Positions 37,905-50,410 of a stretch of DNA of 64,000 bases are shown here, one piece after another (within the stretch, counting starts at the first letter, position 1; every line of letters starts with the position of its first letter). Location: NCBI RefSeq assembly GCF_006345805.1, contig NC_043003.1:63736001-63800000 (forward strand), written 5' to 3'. The notes below the pieces were generated by a model. It did no database searches, was not told where the DNA came from, and saw only the letters and a program-made list of their open reading frames with translations. Source of the DNA: Octopus sinensis. Its lineage: Eukaryota. Both the position numbers and the translations under genes were made by a program.

Positions 37905-38640
37905 AAACTTCTATACTTAGGGCAAGACTAACACCTCAGACGTAAGAAAACACTCCTAAATTGAAGATGTTCTCACTCAGCAGGAATAAAACTCAGGCAA
38001 ACCAAATATGGCATACATCAAGAGCAATATTAGTTTTATCAAAAAACATAATATTCAAATTTCCACATTATCTATTCATGACCTAATTATAAATTCAAAA
38101 TGACAGACAAAGCAAACACAGCCTTGATTTAGGTCAATTTTTCTACCAAACTATCAAAGATAATATGCTCTAACTTGGAATACCAACAGATTGGGGTACA
38201 GATTAGATGCTGAATCAAAGATATTGATGAAGTTGCTCTAAATTTCACTGTGAGGTCGCACGTAGCCATATGCAGTAGTTCAAGAGTTTATAACCCCTGG
38301 GTAGTAGCATTAAAGTGTCTCTGCAAGATGAACAAATAAAGTGTATCTAATCACTCTACAACAGTATGTAGGCAAGTATCAAAGTAATACACATGCAAAA
38401 TTTCAACCCATTACATCAATTATTCTCGGAGATATTGTGACCTAAAGATTGCTATTTATAGTCAGAAATATCATTTTGAGAAAAAAACACAAAAACCGCT
38501 AGAAATGGTTGATTTTACAACAATGCCCAACTACACAAAGATAATATCCACATTTTAGTGAAATATTTGCAGTTTTGCACAGACTAAAACAAGACATGTG
38601 TACTACAGAGCCAGAGGCGGTTTCAAGCGGATTGGTATCA

Positions 38641-38862
38641 CCCTTTTGATACTAACTCGCCTGAAACCGCCTCTGGCTCTGTAGTACACATGTCTTGTTT
38701 TCAAAAGTTCTGAATTAAAATCTTCCACCAAACCTTAGCCACAATTTATGTTCCTAACACTAACTTAATGATAAACTAAATTATTTTACTAATTCTTTGT
38801 TATAATTAAAATTAATTGAAAGAAACACTGAGCATCTCAACAGAAATATGGTAACAAAAGGC
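38641..38862. mobile_element. piggyBac-like MITE with an inverted duplication of its left end
   Basis: Ends cccttttgatac / gtaacaaaaggc then TTAA; 38586-38640 is an inverted copy of the left end. Confidence 0.6.
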
Positions 38863-39397
38863 TTAATGCTCATAGTATGATAACGCCCAGAGTCTAATAG
38901 CGCCCAGTCTAATAACGCATATCCTTTGCTATTTTCTGAGTTTTTGCTACCTGAAATCTGAGATATTAGTCTTGCCTTAAACAAATTAATCTTCAAGTAA
39001 TGTAAGCAGTGGAAAAGAATTGTAATGCTTTGTAATACTCCACAGTGGAAGTTAAGAAATAGCAGCAAAATGCATCTCAAACTACATTATACTGCCACCT
39101 TTAAAAAATGGTTCTAGGCAAATATATATTTAAAATTTTTTATCTTGTTTCAATCTAATAGATTGCGTCTATGCCGGGGAAGTACCATGAAGAATGATTC
39201 TACCCCAGTACTGCTTTTTTAAAACTGGTACTTATTTTATCGTTCTCTTTTGCCGAACCGCAAAGAGCGGTGGTGGGGGGACAAACACAAAAACACACAC
39301 ACATTCATACATACATACATACATACATAATACATACATACATACATACATACATGCATGCATGCATGCATACATACACACGCACACGCACACACAT

Positions 39398-39431
<34 letters not shown>

Positions 39432-39439
39432 ATATATAT

Positions 39440-40040
39440 CCGGATTCCCGTTTGCGCCGTGAACAGGAATTAATCTTCTCTCTTCGCTCTTATACGCCAT
39501 TTGGTCTCAACTCTCCCCCCCTCCTCATCTAACCCCCCTCTCCTCCCTCCTCACCTATCCTTTCCCCCCGACCCCTACTTCTTCAGTCCTTCATCCTTTC
39601 ACCCCTACTCCCCTTCCCTTCTTCCCTCTTTCTCCCTCCCTCCTTCCCTCTTCCCCTTCCCTCTGCTCCCTCACTCCCCCTCTCCCTCTTTCCTCCCCCT
39701 CCTCCCCTTCCTTCTCCCCTCCTCTCTCTCCCCCCCTCCTCCCCCCTTCTCCCCCTCTCCTCCCCCTCTTCTCCTCACTACACACACGACTTCACACATC
39801 ACATCATATATGATGTGCCATACTAATACGTACTAATACATACTAATACATACTAATACATACACCAACCCTATACATACACACGTCCAGACCCCTCATA
39901 CGCACTTATACTCTCTCATACACACACACACACACACTTATACATACTAATACTTACTAATACATACTAATACATACTAATACATACACCAACCCCATAC
40001 ATACGCACGTCCACACCAATCCTACGCACTAATACTCTCT

Positions 40041-40081
<41 letters not shown>

Positions 40082-40452
40082 TATACATACTAATACATAC
40101 ACCAACCCTATACATACACACGTCCAGACCCCTCCTACGCACTATTAGCTGGTCCTTCAACCATATTATCAACCCTATTATCTCCCCTTATTTCGCTCTC
40201 GCGTCTCATGTTTGATCTTTGACCTCTGGCCGAAATCAGATCGCCATGTTGATTCGTTAGCTACTGCACGCATTTTTTTTCTCTCCTTCTTTCTGTTTTT
40301 TTCTCTCTCTGTGTATCTTTCTGTTGAAGAGCGTAGGCTCGAAACGTTAAAAACTTGTTTTATTTATATTTCCTGAGCGCCATACTAATACAATTGTTCG
40401 TTTGTTTTCCACCTGCCTTCGTCTTTTGTCTATTTTCATAAAGCTTCCCGTT
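39440..40452 (+). mobile_element. Penelope-like element 3' end: GIY-YIG C-terminus, C-rich and tandem-repeat UTR, hammerhead-like motif
   Basis: 39440-39515 translates PDSRLRREQELIFSLRSYTPFGLNS, like a Penelope endonuclease C-terminus. Motif tttCTGTTGAAGAGCGTAGGCTCGAAACGTTaaa at 40317-40352. Confidence 0.75.
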
Positions 40453-40470
40453 ATATATATATATATATAT

Positions 40471-40536
<66 letters not shown>

Positions 40537-40923
40537 AGCACACACGATGGCCTTCTTTGAGTTTCCATCCACCAAATCCGCTCACAACGCTGTGGTCGGC
40601 CGGTGTTATTGTAGAAGACACTTGCCCAAGGTGGCACGCAGTGGGACTGATCCCAGAAGCATACATACATATGTATGTGTGTGTGTGTGTGTGTATGCAT
40701 GTATGCATGTATCTTTGTGTCTGACCCCCCCATCCCACTTGACTGTCGGTGTTGGTGTATTTACGTCCCTGTAACGTAGCAGTTCAGCAAAAGACGCTGA
40801 TAGAATAAGTACAAGGCTTTAAAATAAGTCCTAGGATGGATTTTTTTTTACTAAAACCCTTCAAGGCGATACTCCAGTATGGTCGCAATTAACTGACTAA
40901 AACAAGTAAAAAATAATAAAGAA

Positions 40924-40964
<41 letters not shown>

Positions 40965-41044
40965 CACGTTGTGCGAGACATTGTCTCGTATCATTGACTG
41001 AAATTCTTTACTTTGATAGCTGCGGAGTATTTCAGTCCACTAAC

Positions 41045-41052
41045 CTACTACA

Positions 41053-41150
<98 letters not shown>

Positions 41151-41170
41151 CAATAATAATAATAATAATG

Positions 41171-41232
<62 letters not shown>
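41045..41232. repeat. (CTA)n-(TAA)n compound microsatellite
   Basis: Direct reading. Confidence 0.95.
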
Positions 41233-41233
<1 letters not shown>

Positions 41234-41516
41234 TGTGGATACTTAGTACTACGATAATACCAGTAGTGATTGGTGCGTTGGAAATGATAAAGAAGGGAGC
41301 TGAGAAGTATATTAAGCAGCCCCCTGGAAACGCCAATCTTTGTGAACTACAAAAGATAACCTTGATGGGTAAAGCCCATATACTATGGAAAGCACTCTCC
41401 ATCTAAAATGGAATAAATGTGGTGATAATTTTAGCATGCATAGCAGCTACTCTGGCCTCTGGAGGATGCCTGGTACTAAGACAGCTGGAATAAAGTTATA
41501 ATGAAAAGAAACCATA

Positions 41517-41520
<4 letters not shown>
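41233..41520 (+). mobile_element. R4/Dong-like 3' fragment within (TAA)n
   Basis: MWILSTTIIPVVIGALEMIKK..LQKITLMGKAHILWKALSI* plus UTR; TAA tracts on both sides. Confidence 0.85.
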
Positions 41521-41580
<60 letters not shown>

Positions 41581-41581
<1 letters not shown>

Positions 41582-42296
41582 CCCACCAGAAATTACCAAA
41601 AACATGTAATGAAAAGAAATATTACAAGTAACTGCAGAATATGTGGAGATGGACAAGAAACAATAAATCATATTATCTCTAGCTGCCCAGTCCTGGCTAA
41701 GAAGGAATATATTCACAGACATGACAGAGTTGGAACCTACATACATTGGAAGCTATGCCAACATTATGGAATAACAACAGAAAAAAGATGGTATAGTCAC
41801 ACACCAGAAAAGGTCACAGAAAACGAGAAAGCAACCATACTCTGGGATATGCCGTACACACAGATAGAGAAATTAAGGGCAACAGACCAGATATAGTTGT
41901 CAGAGATCATGAAGAAAAAAATGCTTTCTAATTGATGTATCAATATTGGCTGATGACAACGTGTCTCTAAAAGAAATGGAGAAACTCTCAAAATACAAAG
42001 ACCTGGAAATAGAGGTAACTAGAATGTGGAATCTGAAAACAGAAACAATTCCTATCATAGTAGGTGCATTAGGCATGATAAAAAAATATTCAGACAAATA
42101 CATAACAAAAACACCAGGACTTACAAACACATATAACACAGAAAATTGCACTACTAGGCGCTACACACATCCTACGCAGAACACTTTCCATACAATAACC
42201 ATCAGAGCATCACAACAAATCACAGCACATACCCAAGGCACACAGAGCTGCGCTCGGTAGTGAAGTGAAAGCAAGCACGCTATAAAAATAAAACTA

Positions 42297-42297
<1 letters not shown>
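41581..42297 (+). mobile_element. R4/Dong-like 3' fragment with CCHC knuckle and RLE domain, within (TAA)n
   Basis: CRICGDGQETINHIISSC; ILWDMP..NRPDIVV..LIDVS..KLSKYKDLEIEVTRMWNLKT..IIVGALG, with one or two frameshifts. Confidence 0.95.
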
Positions 42298-42331
<34 letters not shown>

Positions 42332-42375
42332 TAATAATAATAATAACAATAATGATGATGATGATGATGATTTCA

Positions 42376-42545
42376 AATTGTGGCACTAGGTTAGCAATTG
42401 CGGGGCAAGGAGTAAATCGATTACATCGACCCCAGTGTGCGACTGGTACTTCTTTTATCGACCCCAAGAGGATGAAAGGCAAAGTGGACTTCGTCGGAAT
42501 TTGAACTCAGAACATAAAGACTGACGAAATGCCGTTAAGTATTCT
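42376..42545 (-). mobile_element. SINE family A, head truncated
   Basis: Tail and core present; ends at the junction with the 5S-derived sequence. Confidence 0.75.
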
Positions 42546-42547
42546 TT

Positions 42548-43203
42548 GCACTGGTTCTCGTCAGATCACCAAAGTTAAGCAACGTAGAGCCTAGTGAGTA
42601 CTTTGATGGGGGAACGCTTGGAAAACCTAGGTGCTGTAAGCATCTCCCACTTTTGATGCCCTGATGCAGTGCCCGGCACTGGCTCTCATGGCTTCTTAAC
42701 TGATTGGAAGTGTTATCATGTACGACTACATTGTTTTGTCGGTATTAAAGAGGGGCTACAGCAAATATTCTGCTCAATACCACAGATTTGCTTTTCAGTT
42801 GCTTGACTTAACCAGTTGAGCATGTCCCTTGGTGGTTGACGATATGTACACCTCTGATCATGAGCAGAAGTAGTGGGGAAGCATCATAGCCATGTGTTGT
42901 GAAGAATTCTTTGGAGTTTGAATAATTCACCTCTGGAAACATGGATGTTTCGTTCAACATCCTTAAACAACCCTTATTCAGGGGCCTTTTGAGCGGAATG
43001 GGCTATTCGACCTGAAGAAAATTTTAACTGAGCCCCACCTGCAAGGTCATGCGGTATTTATCTTGATATGAGATCACTGTATCGCGCATATATGGTTGTG
43101 ATGCATATGCCTGGTGTACCCTATTCAGTCATGATCGTATACTGGGCTTCGTATATTTTACCCCAGTGTCTCTTTGATGGCATGCACTGCTCTGTCACTC
43201 AAT
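42548..43203 (+). mobile_element. 5S rRNA-derived SINE (SINE3-type): 5S head 42548-42643, ~560-bp body, AAT tail
   Basis: ggttctcgtcagatcaccaaagttaagcaacgtagagcctagtgagtactttgatgggggaacgcttggaaaacctaggtgctgtaagcat aligns to 5S rRNA from about nt 26 to the 3' end. The body recurs at 22412-22934. Confidence 0.85.
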
Positions 43204-43214
43204 AATGATAATAA

Positions 43215-43385
43215 TCCCTTCTACCAAAGGCTCAAAGCCTAAAATTTTGGGTGAGGGGACTTGTCGATTACATCGACCCCAGTGTCCAGCTGGTACTTAT
43301 TTTATCGACCCCGAAAGGATGAAAGGCAAAGACGACCTCGGTAGAATTTGAACTCAGAACGTAGCGACGGGCGAAATATTGCTAA
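43215..43385 (-). mobile_element. SINE family A, tail-to-tail with the 5S SINE
   Basis: Near-consensus tail and core. Confidence 0.8.
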
Positions 43386-44017
43386 GCTGTAGTTATTTTT
43401 AAGACCCTAGTACTTATCATATCGGTCTTTTTTGCCAAACTGCTAAGCTGGGGGTACATAAACCATTCAACTCCAGTTATCAAGCGGTTGTGCGGGACAA
43501 ACACAAACACTTACAAAAACAACACATATATACATAAATGGTGGACTTGCACACAGCTTCAGTCGGTCAGCCTGGAGCTAAGATACTTGCTTAAGGTGCC
43601 GCGCGGTGAGACTGAACCCAAAATTACGTGGACGTAGAGCGAATTCTTAACCACACAGCCATGCCTGCGTCTAAGGGGGAAAATTTTCCTATCTTAAATA
43701 ATTAAATTTTTGTCTTTCAATAAAACGCTTTCTATTTCCTTTATAAAACATGCAATTACAACTTTATAGCTTGTAAGGAAATACGAACTGAAGACAAGGT
43801 TTTGGATTACTTGAAATTCTACCCAAATTGAAAATAGCGCCGAAGTTAAGTCGCAAAACATAAGAAAACATATTCAAGAAATAAATTTAGTGAAATATTA
43901 AGCGCAGGAATTTGGAAAGAAATGTCAGGATTTCAAAATTGGGATTTCGCTTTTGTACTTGGTTTGCAATATTCTTGACATGAATTTATACGTTAAAACA
44001 GATTTTATTGCATCACG

Positions 44018-44422
44018 GGAGGATCGTTATGACGATACTAAACACACGCATTGATTCACTTTCACTTCTTTATTATTCGTCGGTTGGTTAGCTGTTTAAC
44101 CCATTAACTAATCGATATTTTTATTAGTCATTTGGTTACTAAATCAACTATTTTAGTTTATCAAAGTTCTTTCGTCACCATTCAATGGAATGTTCTCTAC
44201 TCCAGGTCAGACCTGAAGTTGACCTGAAGTAATGAGAGCATTCCATTGAACAGATTGTAAATGACGACGAAAGGATTTGATACCACAAACTGATTGATTG
44301 ATTAAGCGAATAATTAATCAAACAATCAATAAGTTTGTTGGTTAAACAGCAGACCAATTGTCGAATAATAAAGAAGTGAAATCGAACTAGTGCATGTGTT
44401 TAGTATTGGCATAATGACCATT
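44018..44422. mobile_element. Old MITE/fold-back with ~85-bp imperfect TIRs
   Basis: tttcacttctttattattcgtcggttggttagctgtttaacc versus ggttaaacagcagaccaattgtcgaataataaagaagtgaaa, extending outward. Confidence 0.65.
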
Positions 44423-47099
44423 CCGAGATAAAACAAAATCACAAATATTCAAGTTAGATAGTTTCCAAAAGAAAAATAAGTTACATGTCTGTCTTTCTTT
44501 TAAGTCAGTGTTCATTCAGGCAAATCCATTATTGTCTCTAGTCTTTCTATATTTAGACTATACCTCACTCATGAGGGCTAATAAGACAGAAATATTTACG
44601 TTGTTGTCATCGGGCTACTCTAGAATTTATTTCCCCCACTCCATCCCACTCTTTTTATTTTTGCTTTTACTTGTTTCAGTCACTGGACTTCGTCCATGCT
44701 GGGGCACCACCTTGCAGTGCTTAGTCGAACAAATCAATCCCAGCCAGGTACATATTCCATCGGCTTCTTTTGTCGAGCTGTGAAGCTACGGTGGGGAACT
44801 CACACACGCGCGCTCACACATACACAAATACACACACACACATCTTAACCACGAGGTATTGATCGACCATGGATCATAGTAGAAATTACTGGCCCAAAGT
44901 TCCATGCAGTGAGATTGAACCAGAAACCGTGAGATTAGAAAGCGAGCTTCTTAACCACACAGCCATGCCTGTACATATCATATGTACAAATGAATTATTC
45001 ATTCAATGTAGCTATTCACTTTTTTTTTAAACGATAGAATGTGATTTGAAAGAGATATATTTCTTTTTTTCTTGCATGCTTTACGATCACATGTTCAAAC
45101 TAGTATTCTCTGTAGGTTTGACAAAATCTTCAGTCATTCATAGAATAAAATATAACACGCACCTCCTTGTTAAGTCGGTGTTCTATGATTCCAGGTCATC
45201 TGTCGAACAAGCGTGTCTAACTGCCTAACGTTACTAATTGCATTTACAGATTTCGTTTGGTCGTCCATTTCTTCTAGTTTGTATATTACACCCTAACGAG
45301 GAATTTTGCTGAAACTAATCCACCCAAGGCATGGTTATATGCCTATCGCTCGCATGATTGCATTAAAAACACATCTATGATTAAATAGAGTTCCAACACA
45401 AGGTTGTGAATATAACGGATTCCAACAGGGAAACCTGGTGGTTCATAACACAAGGTTTTTGCATTAAGCTAAATTTCTAATATTTTCCAATTTCTAAACA
45501 TATCATCAATGGTGCTTTGGGGAAAAAATTAATCCAATGTCTCAGAGACGAAAATCTTAAACTGGAATGATTGAAGAGAAATATTTGTGTTGTAGTTAAA
45601 AAGAAATATATTAAGAATTCCGATTTAAAATGATCACAATGAGTTTTTATAAAAAAATGAATAAATAAATAAAATTGTTCGTATACACGCTACAAAAATT
45701 AATCAAAAACTCTCTAGAAAATATTCTTTAACCAGATACACGCGAGCATTCATGCAGTGCAAATAATATAAGGACTGATTAATATTAAAATTCCACAACT
45801 TCGTTCATTTTGATATGTTAACATTTCGTTAATATATCAAAAATGGAGAAAGTTTTGCGAGAGCCTCGCTTTGAGAGAAAAGTTGAAAAGGATTATTGAC
45901 AGATTGCTTAGCTCAGCAGTGAAGCGGATCACTGACGTTTCACACGTCGTAGTTGAGCTCAAAGAATGAGAGATATATAATGAAGGCTGCGAAAGAAAGA
46001 TAGGAGATTAGTTTTCCTTAGATCACTTATCTTGTAGGAAAATTTGTGAATAATATCTGCATTTCACAGCGAGGCTGCTTATTCTAGAGAATAATGATCA
46101 AGTAAACATATCAATCATTTTGGTCATTTCAACGTCTGACCCATCTGAGATAAAAGGATAAACTGAATTTCCAATTTCTTTTATGACTTTCATGTTAATG
46201 TAACAAAACAAACAACAACAACAAAAGAAAGAAAGAAAAGAAAAGAGAGGAAAGAAAGAAAAGAAAAGAGAGGAAAGAAAAGAAAAGAGACGAGATAGAA
46301 AGAGGTATGATTTTATAGTTTAAAGGTTTGTTTCGTTCGTCTACATAAAAATAGAATCAGTTACTGAAGGCAAAGTAAAGACATTTTTATTGCTAAAAAC
46401 AAACCCACAGATACACCGAGGGAGATCCCATTATAAATACATTTGTCTGCAGAGAAATTACTTAACATAGAATTAAATATATTACATTTATCTGTTTAGA
46501 AAGTAGTGCAGATGTAATTACTTTGTATATTACTTTTACAAAAGGAAGCCGATGGCGATTTAAATAGGGAGTAAAAACGAAAATAGAAAACTAATATAAA
46601 ACAAAAAAAAAATCAAATGTTCCAGTTGACTAAAGTGCAACTTTAGCCTTTACAAATTAAGGAATAATTTTAGCGAGAAGACATTACTAGATAAAATGAA
46701 TGGTAGGAAATACCCAGGGACGCCTTCTGCGGGAAAATTTAATAGTAAGTAGGCGTTTGCATAGTTGAGGTTATATGCTAAGAATTTAAACTGAAATTAT
46801 AATCTTCGCGATGAGAACACGCCGGGCAAAATCATTTCGTTGCTCTTTACGTTCTGAGTTCAATTTCCACGAAAGTCATTTTTGCCTTTCATCCTTTCGA
46901 GATCGATAAGACAAGGACCAATTGAACAATGGGGTCGATGTTATCGGCTTACGCCCCCCTCCAATATTTCCAGGCTTTGTGCTTATATTAGAAAAGATTA
47001 TGTAAATAAGTTTGGTAATGAAGAAAAATACAAAGGAGACAACTCCATGGATTTTTAATTAAACTTTAATTAATACGACTGAGTTGTATGAAGCCCGTC

Positions 47100-47460
47100 T
47101 TTCAACCACATGGTTCCGAGTTCAGTCTTATTGAGTGACACCTTGGGCAAGTGTTTTCTACTATATCCAAGGCCGAATCATGCCTTTTGAGTGAAGATGT
47201 GACAGAAAGCGTGTCGTATGTGTGTGTGTGTGAGAGAGAGCGAGAGAGAGAGAGAGTTTGTCTCCTCTCCCCACCCAACACCGCATGACAATCGGTGTTG
47301 CTTTGTTTATGTCGTTCGGCAAAAGCAGACGAAATAATAAGTATCAGACATTTTAGAAGATAAAGGATCTGTGAAGGATCTGTTCGGTTAAAACGCTTCA
47401 AGGCGGTGCTCCAGCATGGCCGTAGTCCAATGACGGAAACAAGTAAAAAAAAAAATGAAA
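47100..47460 (+). mobile_element. SINE family B
   Basis: Head caaccacatggttccgagttcagtc, CORE-like caccttgggcaagtgt, internal TG/AG tract, right arm. Confidence 0.75.
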
Positions 47461-47787
47461 GAAAAATAAGCAAAAATAAATCGGAATGCTCATAAATGAA
47501 ATGTATAGGATGATAGACATGCCTGACGATGGTTTACCTAGGGTTAAATAACAAGAATACCAACAGCAGCAGCAATTAGTTTGAGATCAGAGCACTCGGT
47601 AATGCGGTGGAAATATTCAATTATGGAAATATGCAATAATGAGTAATTACAGGGACAAGCTTAGCCGTGTGGTGAAGAGGTTCGCAATGCAAACTTAGTG
47701 GTTCCAAGTTTGATCTCACTACGAGCTATTTTGAGCCCTTTCTATCACGGTCTTACATTGTCATTGAAATTATTTCATAGACGGAAA

Positions 47788-47818
<31 letters not shown>

Positions 47819-47874
47819 TGTATGGCTGGCTGGCTGGTTGGATGGATGCATGCATGCATGCATGATTGGATGCA

Positions 47875-48244
47875 TGGATGACATTATTCAGTTTAATCTC
47901 AAGATTTCTTGCCAACAGAGAAAGAGCCGGTTTCTAACCAAGATCCCAGGCTCCTTCATTGGAATTTCAACATCAACAACAGGGTATGTATGTATATGTG
48001 CAGATTTGTATGTTTTGTTTTATGTATGTCTTCTCATCCATATACTTGCACATCTAGGCATGCTCATATATACCTAAATGATAGACTTTTGGAAAGTTTT
48101 ACAGATTTTTACAGTTCCAGTGATAACTTGGATTTGTTGTCTTCGAATCAGCTTTCTCCTTTCTGGTTTTGAGAAGCTTGATTTCTTGAGATTGGTATCT
48201 AGGTAGTGTGTTACATATCCCAGTATTCCAACAATTACGTGCGT
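47875..48244 (-). mobile_element. RLE-type LINE 3' fragment embedded in (ATGT)n
   Basis: Minus-strand VIVGILGYVTHYLDTNLKKSSFSKPERRKLIRRQQIQVITGTVKICKTFQK resembles an RLE C-terminus (VIVGxLG). ATGT tracts lie at 47790-47822 and from 48245. Confidence 0.6.
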
Positions 48245-48428
48245 ATGTATGTATGTATGTATGTATGTATGTATGTATGTATGTATGTATGTATGTATGT
48301 ATGTATGTAGGGGAAACATCTTTTCTTTTATGCATGTTTCATACGACATTGTACAAGATTTTTCATTTTTATTTTATATTTTATATTTTTAGTGTGTTAC
48401 ATATCCCAGTATTCCAACAATTACGTGC

Positions 48429-48459
<31 letters not shown>

Positions 48460-48740
48460 TGTATGTATGTATGTATGTAGGGGAAACATCTTTTCTTTTA
48501 TGCATGTTTCATACGACATTGTACAAGATTTTTCATTTTAATTTTATATTTTATATTTTTAGTGTGTTACATATCCCAGTATTCCAACAATTACGTGCGT
48601 ATGTATGTATGTATGTATGTATGTATGTATGTATGTATGTATGTATGTATGTATGTATGTATGTAGGGGAAACATCTTTTCTTTTATGCATGTTTCATAC
48701 GACATTGTACAAGATTTTTCATTTTTATTTTATATTTTTT
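48205..48740. repeat. Three tandem ~170-186-bp units, each containing (ATGT)n with n=16, 12, 16
   Basis: Units start at 48205, 48391 and 48561. Confidence 0.92.
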
Positions 48741-49425
48741 TTATATTCTCTTAAAAGCTTTTTACAGTTGGCTTGGAACAGTAGACTTCCTAAATCTATA
48801 TCCAGCCTTTCTAGACTTTCACACTTTCTCATTATCAAGAATGGAATTGAATATATTTGGAGTTTGTATTGTTTCTTATATACTGATTTGGCGGTAACGT
48901 CTACTCGAATTCTGGCCACGGGACACAACAAGACATATGTCGGGGCGATTGCTGATGCTTCTGTTCTCAATGTCAGATTATATTTTATTTCACCCCTTAA
49001 TTTTTATCAGTTTTGAAATAATTAAGTTATCTCAATTTTAAGTTGCTTATTTTATATATTTAGCTTTGCCTTATACCCTGTCGCTTCTGTATCAAATTGC
49101 ATGTCTTTGAAAGTTTATATGGAAGAACTTCTGTGAAGTAATACGGTAACCAACATTCTTTTAAAAGACGTTTATTGTTGATAAGCAATCTTGACGAACT
49201 TCCTGAATGCAGTTTGTGTTTGTCGGAATGTACGTTGAAGTAAAAAAAAAGCTATTTCTTTTTTCTCCTTCGTGTATATATTGTATATGGGAATTAGTAA
49301 TGAAATTACTGTGGGAAAAATTACGTTTTTGCTTTGATTTATTGTCTACATTGCGAATAATGCAGACTACCACAGTAACTGATATGTATGCCAGTTCTTT
49401 CAAGTTGCTTCTAACATTATTTAAT

Positions 49426-49461
<36 letters not shown>

Positions 49462-49732
49462 CACACACACACATACTCGCACACACTCAGACTAGTAGAG
49501 ATTTGGTTGAGTTTGGTCGCGTGTGTTTTATACTAATACGTCACCAGGCTTAACACTTCCAGTTGGCTGTTGGGCACCTTTGGCAGACTTTACTCTGTGA
49601 CTAATATTCGAGTTAAATCTAAGGTTTGCTAAAATATCTTGGATAAAGCAGCAACTGCCCACGTCTAGGTAAGCCATAACCAAAAGAAAACAATTCAACT
49701 GATTAGCAAACATTCATTCGCCAGCACACTAC

Positions 49733-49774
<42 letters not shown>

Positions 49775-50190
49775 GGCTGTGTGGTAAGTAGTTTGCTTAC
49801 CAACCACATGGTTCCGAGTTCAGTCCCACTGCGTGGCACCTTGGGCAAGTGTCTTTTACTATAGCCTCGGGCCAACCAAAGCCTTGTGAGTGGATTAGGT
49901 CGACGGAAACTGAAAGAAGCCCGTCGTATATATATATATATATTATATATATATATATATATATATGTGTGGTGTGTGGTGTGGTGTGTGTGTGTGTGTG
50001 TGTGTGTGTACATGTATATGTTTGTGTGTCTGTGCTCCCCCCACCATCGCTTGACAACCGATGTTGGTGTGTTTACGTCTACGTAACTTAGCGGTTCGGC
50101 GAAAGAGACCGATAGAATAAGTACTATGCTTACAAAATAAGTACTAGCATGGCCACAGTCAAATGACTGAAACAAATAAAGAAATAAAAC
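49775..50190 (+). mobile_element. SINE family B, near-consensus, ~100-bp internal microsatellite
   Basis: Complete head, CORE-like motif and both arms. Confidence 0.88.
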
Positions 50191-50373
50191 AAACATATGC
50201 ATGTTGGGTGCTTTTATTTTTTTTCATCAGGCTGAACAACTGCACAAGTTTAAGAATTTCTGCTGCGAAAACACAAGCGGAAAATAATTCATTCTGTCTT
50301 GATTTTGTCTTGACGGCTTTTAATTAGTTGATTTAAAACTTTCAATTCATAACACACACACATACACACACAC

Positions 50374-50410
<37 letters not shown>

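Noticed and set aside
42548-42643. Functional 5S rRNA gene
   Set aside because: 5'-truncated, substitutions in the internal control region, no T-run terminator directly after it, and fused to a repeat body.
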